Shown piece after piece: positions 41,426-50,693 of a stretch of 64,000 nt of DNA. This stretch comes from an uncultured Desulfosarcina sp. Its GTDB lineage: Bacteria; Desulfobacterota; Desulfobacteria; Desulfobacterales; Desulfosarcinaceae. Made by a program: the position numbers and the translations under genes. Where the stretch lies: NCBI GenBank assembly GCA_963674945.2, contig CAXXWQ010000003.1:192001-256000 (forward strand). The letters run 5' to 3'. The notes beneath the pieces are model-generated. The model made no database searches. It was given only the letters and a program-made list of their open reading frames with translations, and had not been told where the DNA came from. Within the stretch, counting starts at the first letter, position 1. The number at the start of each line of letters is the position of its first letter.

Positions 41426-43714
41426 ATGGAACAAAGCGAGCTACGCCAATGGGAGCGCCTTTGCATCCAGGACGAACCGGCACCCTGCGCGGCGTCATGC
41501 CCGCTGCATGTGGATGTGCGTGCATTTATCGGGCATGTGGCAAACGGTAACTGGGCCAAGGCAAGAACCGTCTTGAACAAGACCATGCCCCTGGCAGGAA
41601 TTCTGGGTCGCATTTGCGACGCTCCCTGCCAGGCGGCATGTAACCGCGCCAAGATCGGCGGGGCGATTCGCATCGGCGCGTTGGAGCGGGCCATCGTGGC
41701 CCGTGACGACAAGCCCAAACGGGTGCTGCCCCTTCCAAAAAAAACAATCCGGGTGGCGGCGATCGGCAGCGGTTTGAGCAGTCTGACCGTGGCCTGGGAC
41801 CTGGCGCGCAAGGGCTATGACCTCACGGTATTCGAAACCGGTGGTCAAATCGGTGGCGTCTTGGCAAGGCAGTATCCGCAGCAGCTTTCGAAGGAAACGA
41901 TCGAAATTGAAGTCAAACGCATCGGCCAATTGGGTGTGCGCTTTGAAACCCACGCCGTCCTGGACGAAACTGCCATACGGGAATCCTTTGCCGCCGTGTT
42001 TGTGGGCCTGGACGGGATTTCCGATCCCATCTTCGCTTTTACGCCGGCAAGTCCGCTTCCCGAGGGACGCTTTGCCGGGGATACCCGAACGGACGGGGTC
42101 TTCGCCGCCGGCGGTTACGCCTCGCCGGTGTGGCAGGCCGCTTCCGGGCGCTGGTGCGCCACCTCCATGGACCGCTGGCTGCAAAAGGTCTCCATGGACG
42201 CCGGTCGGGAAAACGAGGGGCCTTACGAAACCCGGCTTTTTACCGACCTGGAGGGGATCACCTCGGTGCCGGCGATAGCCGTGGCCGACGCCATCGAAGG
42301 TTATTCACAAGACGAAGCCCGGGCCGAGGCGGGCCGTTGTCTGCAGTGCCAGTGTCTGGAATGTGTCAAGGTTTGTACCTTTCTGGAATCCTTCGGCGCT
42401 TATCCAAGACGATACGCCAGGGAAATATACAATAACGAATCCATCGTCATGGGCGAACGCAAGGCCAATAAGCTGATCAATTCGTGCAGCCTGTGCGGGC
42501 TGTGCGAGGCGGTCTGCCCCAACGATTTCGCCATGCAGGACCTCTGCCTGGCGGCCCGGCAGAGCATGGTCAGCCGGAATAAAATGCCGCCGTCGGCCCA
42601 CGATTTCGCCCTCCAGGACATGGCCTTTTCCCAAAGCGAGGCCTTTTTCATGGCGCGCCACCCCCCCGGCGGCTCCCAAAGCCAATATCTCTTTTTTCCC
42701 GGCTGTCAGCTTTGCGCTTCGGCACCGGGACAGGCAATGCAGGTATATGATTATCTGAGGCAAACGTTGACCGGCGGCGTGGGTCTGATGCTGGGCTGCT
42801 GCGGGGCACCGGCCCATTGGGCAGGTCGCCAAGAGCAGTTTTCCGAGGAACTATACCGCTGGGAAGAGGCCTGGAAAGCCCTTGGCAGACCGCGGCCGGT
42901 AGTTGCCTGCGCGACCTGTCGAAAGGTGCTTACGGACCATCTACCGAAAACCCATCCAATTTCATTGTGGGAAGTGTTCCTGGAAACCGGCATTCCCCAG
43001 TCCGGTCTGTATCGACCCAATGGAATGCTGGCCATCCACGATCCCTGTACGTCGCGCGACGCGCCGGCGGTTCAGGAGGCCGTGCGACAACTGGCCGCAA
43101 TCATCGGCATCGCCGTCGAAGAACTGGATCTGGGACGGCAAAAGACCGAGTGCTGCGGGTTCGGCGGTCTCATGGAAAATGCCAATCCGGCCATGGCAAA
43201 AACCGTGATCGAGGCTCGCGGAAAGCGCAGCAGCAGCGATTATTTGGCATACTGCGCCATGTGCCGGGATGCCCTGGCCGGCGTGGGCAAGCGTACCCTG
43301 CACCTTCTGGACGTTTTGTTTCCGGACCCGAGGGTAGCCGATCCGGCGGCCCGGCCCCGTCCCGGCTGGTCCCGAAGGCGGGAAAACCGTCAGCGGCTGA
43401 AAACCAATTCTTTGCGTGACTTGTGGAAAGAAGCCGTCGAAGATCCAGCGCATGATGAAACGTCGATATCGCTTCGCTTTGCACCGGGTGTGGAAGCGAT
43501 TTTGGAATCTCGACGCATTCTGAAGGAAAACCTGCGCCACGTGATCCGGCATGCCGAAGCCGGTGGCACCCGTTTTCGTCACGGCGAGACCGGCCGCTTT
43601 CTGAGCACATGCAGGGTGGGACATGCCTTCTTCTGGGTGGCTTACGAACCAACCGGCGACGGCTACCTGGTTCATAACGCCTATTCCCATCGCATGAAGG
43701 TACTGGGGCCATGA
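41426..43714 (+). CDS. Flavin/Fe-S oxidoreductase: GltD-like N-terminus, 4Fe-4S dicluster and CCG domains
   Basis: CIQDEPAPCAASCP, GRICDAPC, degenerate Rossmann motif AIGSGLSS, CLQCQCLECVKVC, CSLCGLCEAVCP, FFPGC, GCCG, HDPC and CCGFGG. Confidence 0.85.
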   Translation: MEQSELRQWERLCIQDEPAPCAASCPLHVDVRAFIGHVANGNWAKARTVLNKTMPLAGILGRICDAPCQAACNRAKIGGAIRIGALERAIVARDDKPKRVLPLPKKTIRVAAIGSGLSSLTVAWDLARKGYDLTVFETGGQIGGVLARQYPQQLSKETIEIEVKRIGQLGVRFETHAVLDETAIRESFAAVFVGLDGISDPIFAFTPASPLPEGRFAGDTRTDGVFAAGGYASPVWQAASGRWCATSMDRWLQKVSMDAGRENEGPYETRLFTDLEGITSVPAIAVADAIEGYSQDEARAEAGRCLQCQCLECVKVCTFLESFGAYPRRYAREIYNNESIVMGERKANKLINSCSLCGLCEAVCPNDFAMQDLCLAARQSMVSRNKMPPSAHDFALQDMAFSQSEAFFMARHPPGGSQSQYLFFPGCQLCASAPGQAMQVYDYLRQTLTGGVGLMLGCCGAPAHWAGRQEQFSEELYRWEEAWKALGRPRPVVACATCRKVLTDHLPKTHPISLWEVFLETGIPQSGLYRPNGMLAIHDPCTSRDAPAVQEAVRQLAAIIGIAVEELDLGRQKTECCGFGGLMENANPAMAKTVIEARGKRSSSDYLAYCAMCRDALAGVGKRTLHLLDVLFPDPRVADPAARPRPGWSRRRENRQRLKTNSLRDLWKEAVEDPAHDETSISLRFAPGVEAILESRRILKENLRHVIRHAEAGGTRFRHGETGRFLSTCRVGHAFFWVAYEPTGDGYLVHNAYSHRMKVLGP

Positions 43715-43923
43715 AAAACGACGATATCCGGCCCGAAGATTTGAAATGGCGCTGCGAGACCTGCCAGCGCGAACTGGTGGTGGGGCCGGTGACGGTGACC
43801 TACATGGATAATCGGTTTACCACGGAGCTGCCTTATTGCCCGACGTGTAAAGCCGTGCTGATTACCGATCGGGTGGCATTGGGGAAGATGGCGGAAGTGG
43901 AGCAGATCCTTGAAGACAAATAA
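43711..43923 (+). CDS. Small CxxC...CxxC metal-binding or redox protein (DVU_1557-like)
   Basis: WRCETC and YCPTC, ends LEDK; ATGA overlap with the upstream gene. Confidence 0.8.
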   Translation: MKNDDIRPEDLKWRCETCQRELVVGPVTVTYMDNRFTTELPYCPTCKAVLITDRVALGKMAEVEQILEDK

Positions 43924-43924
43924 A

Positions 43925-44632
43925 ATGGATCGACCCTACGAATCCGCCGCGTTACGTGCCGTCACAGGGCCGACGATCCGGCCGGGCGGTTTGGCGCTCA
44001 CGCATCGGGCGGTCGAAGTCTGTGGCTTGGGTTCCGGTGCACGGGTGTTGGACGTAGGCTGCGGAACAGGTGCCACGGCAGCCTGTTTGGAAGATCATCA
44101 TGACGCCTCCGTGGTGGGCATGGATCTTTCGTCCACCCTGCTTTCCGACGCGATCCGGCATTACCCTGAAATGGCGGCGGTCAGGGCCGACGCCATGGTG
44201 CTTCCATTTACGGCAGGAGCATTCGATGCGGTATTTGCCGAGTGTGTCTGCTCCCTGCTGCCCGATGCAGCCGCAGCGATAGAGGGCTTTTTCCGGATAT
44301 TGCGGCCGGGCGGCCATCTGGTGGTGGCGGACCTGTATTGGCGGACATGGAATTCGGCGGCGATTCGGCCCAAAGTCTCCTTTTACGGCTGCCTGGCGGG
44401 CGCCGTTGACCGGCACACCATGATCCGGCGCATCGAAACCGCCGGGTTCAAAATCCATTTATGGGAAGATCACTCGGATTTTCTCAAACAGCTTGCCGCC
44501 CAGCTCGTATGGGCCGGTATTCCGCTCAGCAACTGGTTGGATGGCGATTGTGCATCAAGGACCTGCCGATACGGCCGGCGTCCCGGATACTGTGTAATCG
44601 TTGCTCGCAAGAAAGAAAAAACCCATGGATGA
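43925..44632 (+). CDS. Class I SAM-dependent methyltransferase (DVU_1556-like)
   Basis: RPGGLALT, VLDVGCGTG, FDAVFAEC and LRPGG. Confidence 0.88.
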   Translation: MDRPYESAALRAVTGPTIRPGGLALTHRAVEVCGLGSGARVLDVGCGTGATAACLEDHHDASVVGMDLSSTLLSDAIRHYPEMAAVRADAMVLPFTAGAFDAVFAECVCSLLPDAAAAIEGFFRILRPGGHLVVADLYWRTWNSAAIRPKVSFYGCLAGAVDRHTMIRRIETAGFKIHLWEDHSDFLKQLAAQLVWAGIPLSNWLDGDCASRTCRYGRRPGYCVIVARKKEKTHG

Positions 44633-45071
44633 TTACCAGATTCAAATGTTGAAGATGGCAGGTACCGGTTACTCTTGCAGCCAGATTCTCATCCGAATGG
44701 CCTTGGAAACACGGGGCGAGGAGAATCCGGCCCTGGTACGCACCATGGCCGGGCTGGCCTACGGTTGCGGCAGTGGGAGGGGAAGCTGCGGTGCCCTGAC
44801 CGGCGGTTGCTGCCTTCTGGCCCTGTATGCCGGTAAGGGGGCCGATGCGGAGTCGGAATCGGATCAATTCCCTTTGATGCTCGATGAAATGAGCGCGTGG
44901 TTTGAAGAAAGGGTGGGCGCCCAATACGGCGGCACCACGTGCCAGATCATCACCGGCGAGGACGGCCCCGCAGCATCACGCAAGCGCTGCGGACAGATCG
45001 TGGCCGAAACCTTCGCCAAAGCCATGACAATCCTGACCACCCATGGTTTCGACCCTTATGACGCCGACTGA
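44625..45071 (+). CDS. C-GCAxxG-C-C family putative redox protein (DVU_1555-like)
   Basis: YSCSQ, SCGALTGG, TTC and KRC Cys pattern. Confidence 0.85.
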   Translation: MDDYQIQMLKMAGTGYSCSQILIRMALETRGEENPALVRTMAGLAYGCGSGRGSCGALTGGCCLLALYAGKGADAESESDQFPLMLDEMSAWFEERVGAQYGGTTCQIITGEDGPAASRKRCGQIVAETFAKAMTILTTHGFDPYDAD

Positions 45072-46422
45072 ACAGACCACCCAAAGCCTCTGCCCTGTCT
45101 GCCTAAAGCGGATCGACGCCCGGCGCACGATTCGTGGCGATCGGGTCTTTCTGGAAAAAATCTGCCCCGATCATGGCAGCTTCAGCGTACGCATCTGGGA
45201 CGGAGAGCCTGGATTTTCCACCTGGCAGCGACCCAAAACCCCCACTCATCCGGCTATCCCCGGTCATGCCGTGGAAAAGGGCTGCCCTTTCGATTGTGGA
45301 TTGTGCCCGGAGCATCGCCAGCGCTCCTGCACGGTAATTTTGGAGGTTACCGACCGCTGTAACATGGACTGTCCGGTCTGTTACGCCGATTCAAGAAGCG
45401 CCGGCGACGATCCGCCCATTGCGACAATCGAAGGCTGGTTCAAGGCGGCGTTCCACGTCAGTGCCGGCAGCAACATCCAGCTTTCCGGCGGCGAGCCGAC
45501 CCTTCGGGACGATCTTCCCCGCATCGTTGCCATGGGGCGCGAGGCGGGTTTCGATTTTATCCAGATCAACACCAACGGGCTGCGGCTGGCCAGTGACGAG
45601 GCGTTCCTTCGCGACCTCAAAGATGCCGGGTTGTCCTCGGTCTTCCTGCAATTTGACGGGACACGTGATGCCGTCTACGAAAAACTTCGCGGCCGGCCGC
45701 TTTTGGCAACAAAAAAAACCGCTATCGAGAAGTGCGGACGGTACGGTGTCGGCGTTGTGCTGGTTCCCACCCTGGTGCCGGGCATCAACGATGACGACAT
45801 CGGCAATCTGATGCGCCTGGCCGCAGACCATGTGCCGGTAGTGCGATCCATTCACTTTCAGCCGGTCAGCTATTTCGGTCGTTTTTTTCATTCTCCGACC
45901 GATGGCGATCGCATCACCCTACCGCAACTCATGCGCCTGATCGAAGAAGAGACTGATGGCGTCTTCAAAGCCTCCGCGTTTTCGCCGCCGGGCTGTGAGA
46001 ACAGCCTTTGCAGTTTCAGCGCCAGCTATCTGGTCATGCCGGACGGCGATGTGCGGGCCGTGGGTCGCTCCGCGGGCACCTGCTGTCCCAAACCGATCCC
46101 TGCCGAAGTCGGTGCTGCCGCCGCTATCGATTTCGTATCCCGGCAGTGGCGGGCGCCGCAGTCATGCTGCGGAACACTTTCTCCCCGATCGTCCGGCAGC
46201 GGCTCAAACAGTCCGGATACCATGGATCTGGATGTTTTTATCCAGCGCGCCCGCACTTACCTGCTCTCCGTGTCGGCCATGGCCTTTCAGGACGTTTGGA
46301 ACCTGGACCTGGAGCGGGTGCGCGACTGCTGCATTCACGTCATGGCACCGGATACACGGCTGATTCCCTTTTGTCTTTACAATCTGACCAGTCAGACCGG
46401 TGAAAGGCTCTACCGCCCATGA
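45058..46422 (+). CDS. Radical SAM protein, TrsS-like
   Basis: N-terminal SLCPVC/KICPDHG and CPFDCGLCPEH, CNMDCPVC, LSGGEPT, NTNG, and C-terminal CCIH...IPFC. Confidence 0.88.
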   Translation: MTPTEQTTQSLCPVCLKRIDARRTIRGDRVFLEKICPDHGSFSVRIWDGEPGFSTWQRPKTPTHPAIPGHAVEKGCPFDCGLCPEHRQRSCTVILEVTDRCNMDCPVCYADSRSAGDDPPIATIEGWFKAAFHVSAGSNIQLSGGEPTLRDDLPRIVAMGREAGFDFIQINTNGLRLASDEAFLRDLKDAGLSSVFLQFDGTRDAVYEKLRGRPLLATKKTAIEKCGRYGVGVVLVPTLVPGINDDDIGNLMRLAADHVPVVRSIHFQPVSYFGRFFHSPTDGDRITLPQLMRLIEEETDGVFKASAFSPPGCENSLCSFSASYLVMPDGDVRAVGRSAGTCCPKPIPAEVGAAAAIDFVSRQWRAPQSCCGTLSPRSSGSGSNSPDTMDLDVFIQRARTYLLSVSAMAFQDVWNLDLERVRDCCIHVMAPDTRLIPFCLYNLTSQTGERLYRP

Positions 46423-47768
46423 CGACGGTTCCCATCACACCGTTGGATGACTGGATTCGCCGCAAGATCGGCATGGACGGGGATCGATCCTTGACCAGGA
46501 CCGCCCTGGCAGAATACCAGCTTCAGGCCCTCAACCGTACCATCGACCTTGCCCGGAGCAATAGTTCCTTTTACCGGACGCATCTGGCCGGCCTTCCCGA
46601 TTCGTCCCTACCCGACCTGGATCGCTTGCGCGAACTGCCGTTTACCACAACCGATGATATCCTCCGGGACCCACTCGCCCTGGTCTGCGTTTCCCAAAGT
46701 GACATCGCCCGGGTGATCACCATGGAGAGTTCCGGCACCACGGGGCGGCCGAAGCGAATCTTCTTTACCGACGCCGATCTGGAATTGACTATCGATTTTT
46801 TTCACCACGGCATGTCCACACTGGTGGAACCGGGCCAGCGGGTACTGATTCTGTTGCCCGGGGCGCTTCCGGACAGCGTCGGTGATCTGTTGACCAGGGC
46901 ACTTGACCGCATGGCAGTGACCGGCATCGTCCACGGACCTGTACACGATCCTGCCGCCGCCGTCCATGCGGCGATCACAAATAACGTCGACAGCCTGGTG
47001 GGCATCCCCGTCCAGGTACTGGCGATGGCTTGCGTGGATGAGGGAGATCGCCTGTCCGGTCTGATCCGGACCGTTCTGCTCAGCACCGACTATGTTCCCG
47101 ATGCAATCGTTCGGCGCATCCAAGCGGCGTGGAAATGCCGGGTCTTCAAACATTACGGCATGACCGAAATGGGCCTTGGCGGTGGTGTCGAGTGTGCGGC
47201 CCTTTCGGGCTATCACGTGAGAGAATCCGACCTGTTGGTGGAGATTGTCGATCCTCAGACAGGTTCACCGGTGCCGGGCGGCAGTATCGGTGAACTGGTA
47301 TTCACGACCCTGACCCGGCGGGGCATGCCCCTGATTCGATACCGAACCGGCGACCTGGCCGCCCTCGATACCGGTGCCTGCATTTGTGGAACAACGCTTG
47401 CGTCCCTTGCCGTCGTCATGGGGCGGGAAACGGGGGCGGTTGACCTCGGCGGGCATCGGCTTCACCTCGCCGAGATAGACGACGTGCTGTTCAATGTTGA
47501 ATCCATCCTGGATTTTTCGGTTCGGATCGACACGTCCCATGCCGTGGACAGACTCGATCTGACGATCAGCCGGCGGCCGGAGGTATCTTTGGAAGCGGTA
47601 ACGGCATCGGTAGAAAAGGCTCTTTCGAAAATACCCGCCATATCAAATGCCAAGGCGGCCAAGCGACTGAAACTTCGGGTAAAACCGGCAAAAAGCGCTA
47701 CGGCAGCCTCCTCCGGCAGTACCAAACGGCAAATGCACGACCACCGAAAAAGGACGCAAAAACCATGA
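46419..47768 (+). CDS. PaaK-like AMP-dependent (CoA) ligase (DVU_1553-like)
   Basis: SSGTTGRPK, HYGMTE, MPLIRYRTGD and GR. Confidence 0.88.
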   Translation: MTTVPITPLDDWIRRKIGMDGDRSLTRTALAEYQLQALNRTIDLARSNSSFYRTHLAGLPDSSLPDLDRLRELPFTTTDDILRDPLALVCVSQSDIARVITMESSGTTGRPKRIFFTDADLELTIDFFHHGMSTLVEPGQRVLILLPGALPDSVGDLLTRALDRMAVTGIVHGPVHDPAAAVHAAITNNVDSLVGIPVQVLAMACVDEGDRLSGLIRTVLLSTDYVPDAIVRRIQAAWKCRVFKHYGMTEMGLGGGVECAALSGYHVRESDLLVEIVDPQTGSPVPGGSIGELVFTTLTRRGMPLIRYRTGDLAALDTGACICGTTLASLAVVMGRETGAVDLGGHRLHLAEIDDVLFNVESILDFSVRIDTSHAVDRLDLTISRRPEVSLEAVTASVEKALSKIPAISNAKAAKRLKLRVKPAKSATAASSGSTKRQMHDHRKRTQKP

Positions 47769-48823
47769 ATACCATTTTTGACACGGCCTATGCTTATCTT
47801 GAAGCGGACACGCCTTTTGTCCTGGCCACCATCGTCACGCATGCCGGATCCACGCCGCGTGAATCTGGCAGCAAGATGATCATCACATCAAAGGGCAACG
47901 GCATCGGTACCATTGGCGGCGGCCTTCTGGAGGCCCGGGCCATGTCGCGGGCCGTTGAGTTGATGGGATGCCGTGCTTCGGCCCTCATCTCTTTTGATCT
48001 TACCGCCCGGACGGTTTCGACCATGGACATGATTTGCGGCGGTAAGGCCGAAGTGCTGCTCGACTATATCGCGGTCACACCAGAAAATCGTGCTGTGTTC
48101 GGGGCCTGGTCGAAGATGCTGGCCGCCGGCGGTAAGGGATGCCTGCTCACCCGCGTGTTGGCGCCTGTCGAGGATGGGGAAACCCTCCGGGTGGATCATG
48201 CCCTGGCCAACGCTCGGGGAGAGATCGAAGTCGGTTCGTTTGCGCCGTCAGCCGGACTATTGGACCAACTGGCCGCGTCCGCCACGTCACCGGAGATGCG
48301 ATCCATCTCCATCGATGGCGGATTCGTTGTGCTGGAACCGGCCCTTCGCGTCTGCACGGCTTACATTTTCGGCGCCGGCCACGTCTCACGACCGACGGCT
48401 CAGATGGCTGCCCTGGTCGGTTTCCAGGTAAATGTGGCCGACGACAGGGATGAATACGCCAATGCCCGGCGGTTTCCCGAGGCCCATGAGATCCGCGTCC
48501 TGAAGGACTTCGTTCACTGCATGCCCGACAAGGATCTGGGACCGGACGACTTCGTGGTCATTCTCACTCGGGGGCATCTTCACGACAAGACCGTACTGGC
48601 CCAAGCCCTTCGGACCGAAGCCGGTTACGTCGGCATGATCGGCAGCCGGAAGAAACGGGACGCCATCTACCGCATGCTGCAGGATGAAAGCTTCACACAG
48701 GCTGATATTGATCGGGTGCACGCGCCCATTGGCTTGAACATCGGCGCCGAAACCCCGGAGGAAATCGCCCTGAGCATCGTCAGCGAAATGGTCGCCGTTC
48801 GGGCAGGGCATAAATTGAGGTAG
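47765..48823 (+). CDS. XdhC/CoxI family Moco insertion chaperone
   Basis: GSTPR, GTIGGG, MICGG, FGAGHV, TRGH, GMIGSRKK and PIGL...ETPEEIA. Confidence 0.92.
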   Translation: MNTIFDTAYAYLEADTPFVLATIVTHAGSTPRESGSKMIITSKGNGIGTIGGGLLEARAMSRAVELMGCRASALISFDLTARTVSTMDMICGGKAEVLLDYIAVTPENRAVFGAWSKMLAAGGKGCLLTRVLAPVEDGETLRVDHALANARGEIEVGSFAPSAGLLDQLAASATSPEMRSISIDGGFVVLEPALRVCTAYIFGAGHVSRPTAQMAALVGFQVNVADDRDEYANARRFPEAHEIRVLKDFVHCMPDKDLGPDDFVVILTRGHLHDKTVLAQALRTEAGYVGMIGSRKKRDAIYRMLQDESFTQADIDRVHAPIGLNIGAETPEEIALSIVSEMVAVRAGHKLR

Positions 48824-48824
48824 C

Positions 48825-50018
48825 GTGGCGGGAAGAAATACAATGCAGAATCGACCAAATCTTTCGGCAGTCGTTCTGGCCGCCGGGCTCTCCACCCGCA
48901 TGAAACGGTTCAAGCCCTTGCTGAAGTTAGGGAAACGGCGTGTGGTAGAACGAGTCGTCTTTTCGTACCGGAATGCCGGCATCGAGGATATCGTCGTGGT
49001 CGTGGGGTATCGAGGGGAAGAGGTGCGCCGGGTGCTTGCACCGCTCGGTGTGCAATGTGCGGACAATCCCGATTACCAAAAGGGAATGTTATCATCGGTT
49101 TTGGCCGGTGTCCGGACTCTGCCGTTGGATTGCCGCGCCTTCTTTCTTCATCCGGCGGATATCCCGTTGGTGCGTCCCCAGACCGTGGTTCGACTGGCGG
49201 AAACGTTTCAGGCAAGCCACAGCACTGTTGTGTACCCGACATTTAACGGACGACGGGGGCACCCCCCCTTGATTGATGCCGGTGTGGTGCCTCGACTGCT
49301 GCGGTGGTCAGGGCGTGGCGGGATGCGGGCCTTTCTCGGCGGATACGATGCCGCCAGTCTCGATTTGGCGGTTGCGGATGAAGCCGTCGGATTGGATATG
49401 GACACGCCGGCCGACTACCGGCGGATGCTGGATCGGCTTCAACACGAGGGTGTACCATCCAGAGATGAATGCCGGATGCTGATGGAAGGTATAATCGCGC
49501 TGCCTCCGGTGATCCAGGCCCATAGCCGCGCGGTAGCCAGGATTGCCCGGCAAGTGGCGATGGCCGTGAAAAAAGCGGGCATCCGGATCGATGTCGATCA
49601 GGTATACGCGGCGGCCCTGCTTCACGATATCGCCAGACTTGAGGAAGATCACGCAAGTGCCGGTGCACGGCTGCTCGAGCGGCACGGCTTTTTCCGCATT
49701 GCCCCTGCCGTGGCCACCCACATGGCACTTGATGTGGAAGACGGCCGTCCCATCGACGTGGCACAGATCGTCTATCTGGCCGACAAGCTGGTCCAAGGAG
49801 ATCGATCAGTTGGTTTGAATCAACGGTTTTCTCGGGCCATGGAGAAATTCGGTCAGGACCCTGCAACCGCTTCCGCCATTGAACACCGGCTTGACACGGC
49901 CCGTCGCATTAAAAAGCGAGTGGAGGCGATCACAGAGCATTCCCTTGAAAGCTTGATCCATGGTGCCGGCGAAAAGGAGGGGACGGATATTGACATCGGA
50001 AGAATCAAACCCGAGTAA
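48825..50018 (+). CDS. MocA/MobA-like nucleotidyltransferase fused to an HD domain (DVU_1551-like)
   Basis: LAAGLSTRM, DIP, GHPP and DMDTPADY, then AHS...LLHDI...H...LADK. The start may be ATG 48843. Confidence 0.87.
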   Translation: MAGRNTMQNRPNLSAVVLAAGLSTRMKRFKPLLKLGKRRVVERVVFSYRNAGIEDIVVVVGYRGEEVRRVLAPLGVQCADNPDYQKGMLSSVLAGVRTLPLDCRAFFLHPADIPLVRPQTVVRLAETFQASHSTVVYPTFNGRRGHPPLIDAGVVPRLLRWSGRGGMRAFLGGYDAASLDLAVADEAVGLDMDTPADYRRMLDRLQHEGVPSRDECRMLMEGIIALPPVIQAHSRAVARIARQVAMAVKKAGIRIDVDQVYAAALLHDIARLEEDHASAGARLLERHGFFRIAPAVATHMALDVEDGRPIDVAQIVYLADKLVQGDRSVGLNQRFSRAMEKFGQDPATASAIEHRLDTARRIKKRVEAITEHSLESLIHGAGEKEGTDIDIGRIKPE

Positions 50019-50634
50019 AACCGAGGATCATCTCATCTATCTGTTGCGACATGGCGAAATCGAGAATCCGGGCGGGAAGCGTTGTTATATTGGCCGTCAG
50101 GATCTGAAACTCAATGAAAAGGGCCGAAGCCAGGCATGCAGTTGGGCCGAGCAATTCGCCGACGTCGAACTGGAGTCAATTTACTGCAGTCCTCTGCGTC
50201 GCTGCCTGGAAACGGCCGAAATTATCGGCACACGATGCGGTCTGACGCCGGAGCCTGTCCGAGCGATGCAGGAGATCAACCTGGGGACGTGGGAAGGGCA
50301 GCGCATGGAGACCATCCGGACCCGACATCCCAAAGACTTTTCCCGGCGCGGCGAAGAGCTCGCCGATTTTCGCATACCCGGCGGGGAATCCTTTTCGGAT
50401 CTGCAACAGCGTTCGTGGTCGGCCTTCGAGGAACTGGCCAGTCGTCACCGGCGGCCGGTCCTGATGGTGACCCATGCCGGCGTAATACGCGTAGTGTTAT
50501 GCCGGCTACTGGGCATTCCGCTGCAGCACCTCTTTCGTATCGGTCAAACGTACGCCGGTCTGACGCTGGTCCACCGGGGGCCGGCCGGCTATCGCCTGCA
50601 ATCGCTCAACCTGACGAACCTTCCGGCCCTCTGA
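49990..50634 (+). CDS. Histidine phosphatase (CobC/phosphoglycerate mutase family)
   Basis: LLRHGE, SPLRRC, EINLGTWEG and VTHAG; TTG start after AGGAGG. Confidence 0.88.
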   Translation: MTSEESNPSKTEDHLIYLLRHGEIENPGGKRCYIGRQDLKLNEKGRSQACSWAEQFADVELESIYCSPLRRCLETAEIIGTRCGLTPEPVRAMQEINLGTWEGQRMETIRTRHPKDFSRRGEELADFRIPGGESFSDLQQRSWSAFEELASRHRRPVLMVTHAGVIRVVLCRLLGIPLQHLFRIGQTYAGLTLVHRGPAGYRLQSLNLTNLPAL

Positions 50635-50693
50635 CCGGCCGCTGCATCAAACCGATGTACGGCAGCCTGCTTTATGGAAAACTGCTATTTTCG

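Noticed and set aside
43711..46422. Selenocysteine recoding in the Cys-rich Mop accessory proteins
   Set aside because: All ORFs are full length with Cys codons; no in-frame TGA read-through is needed.
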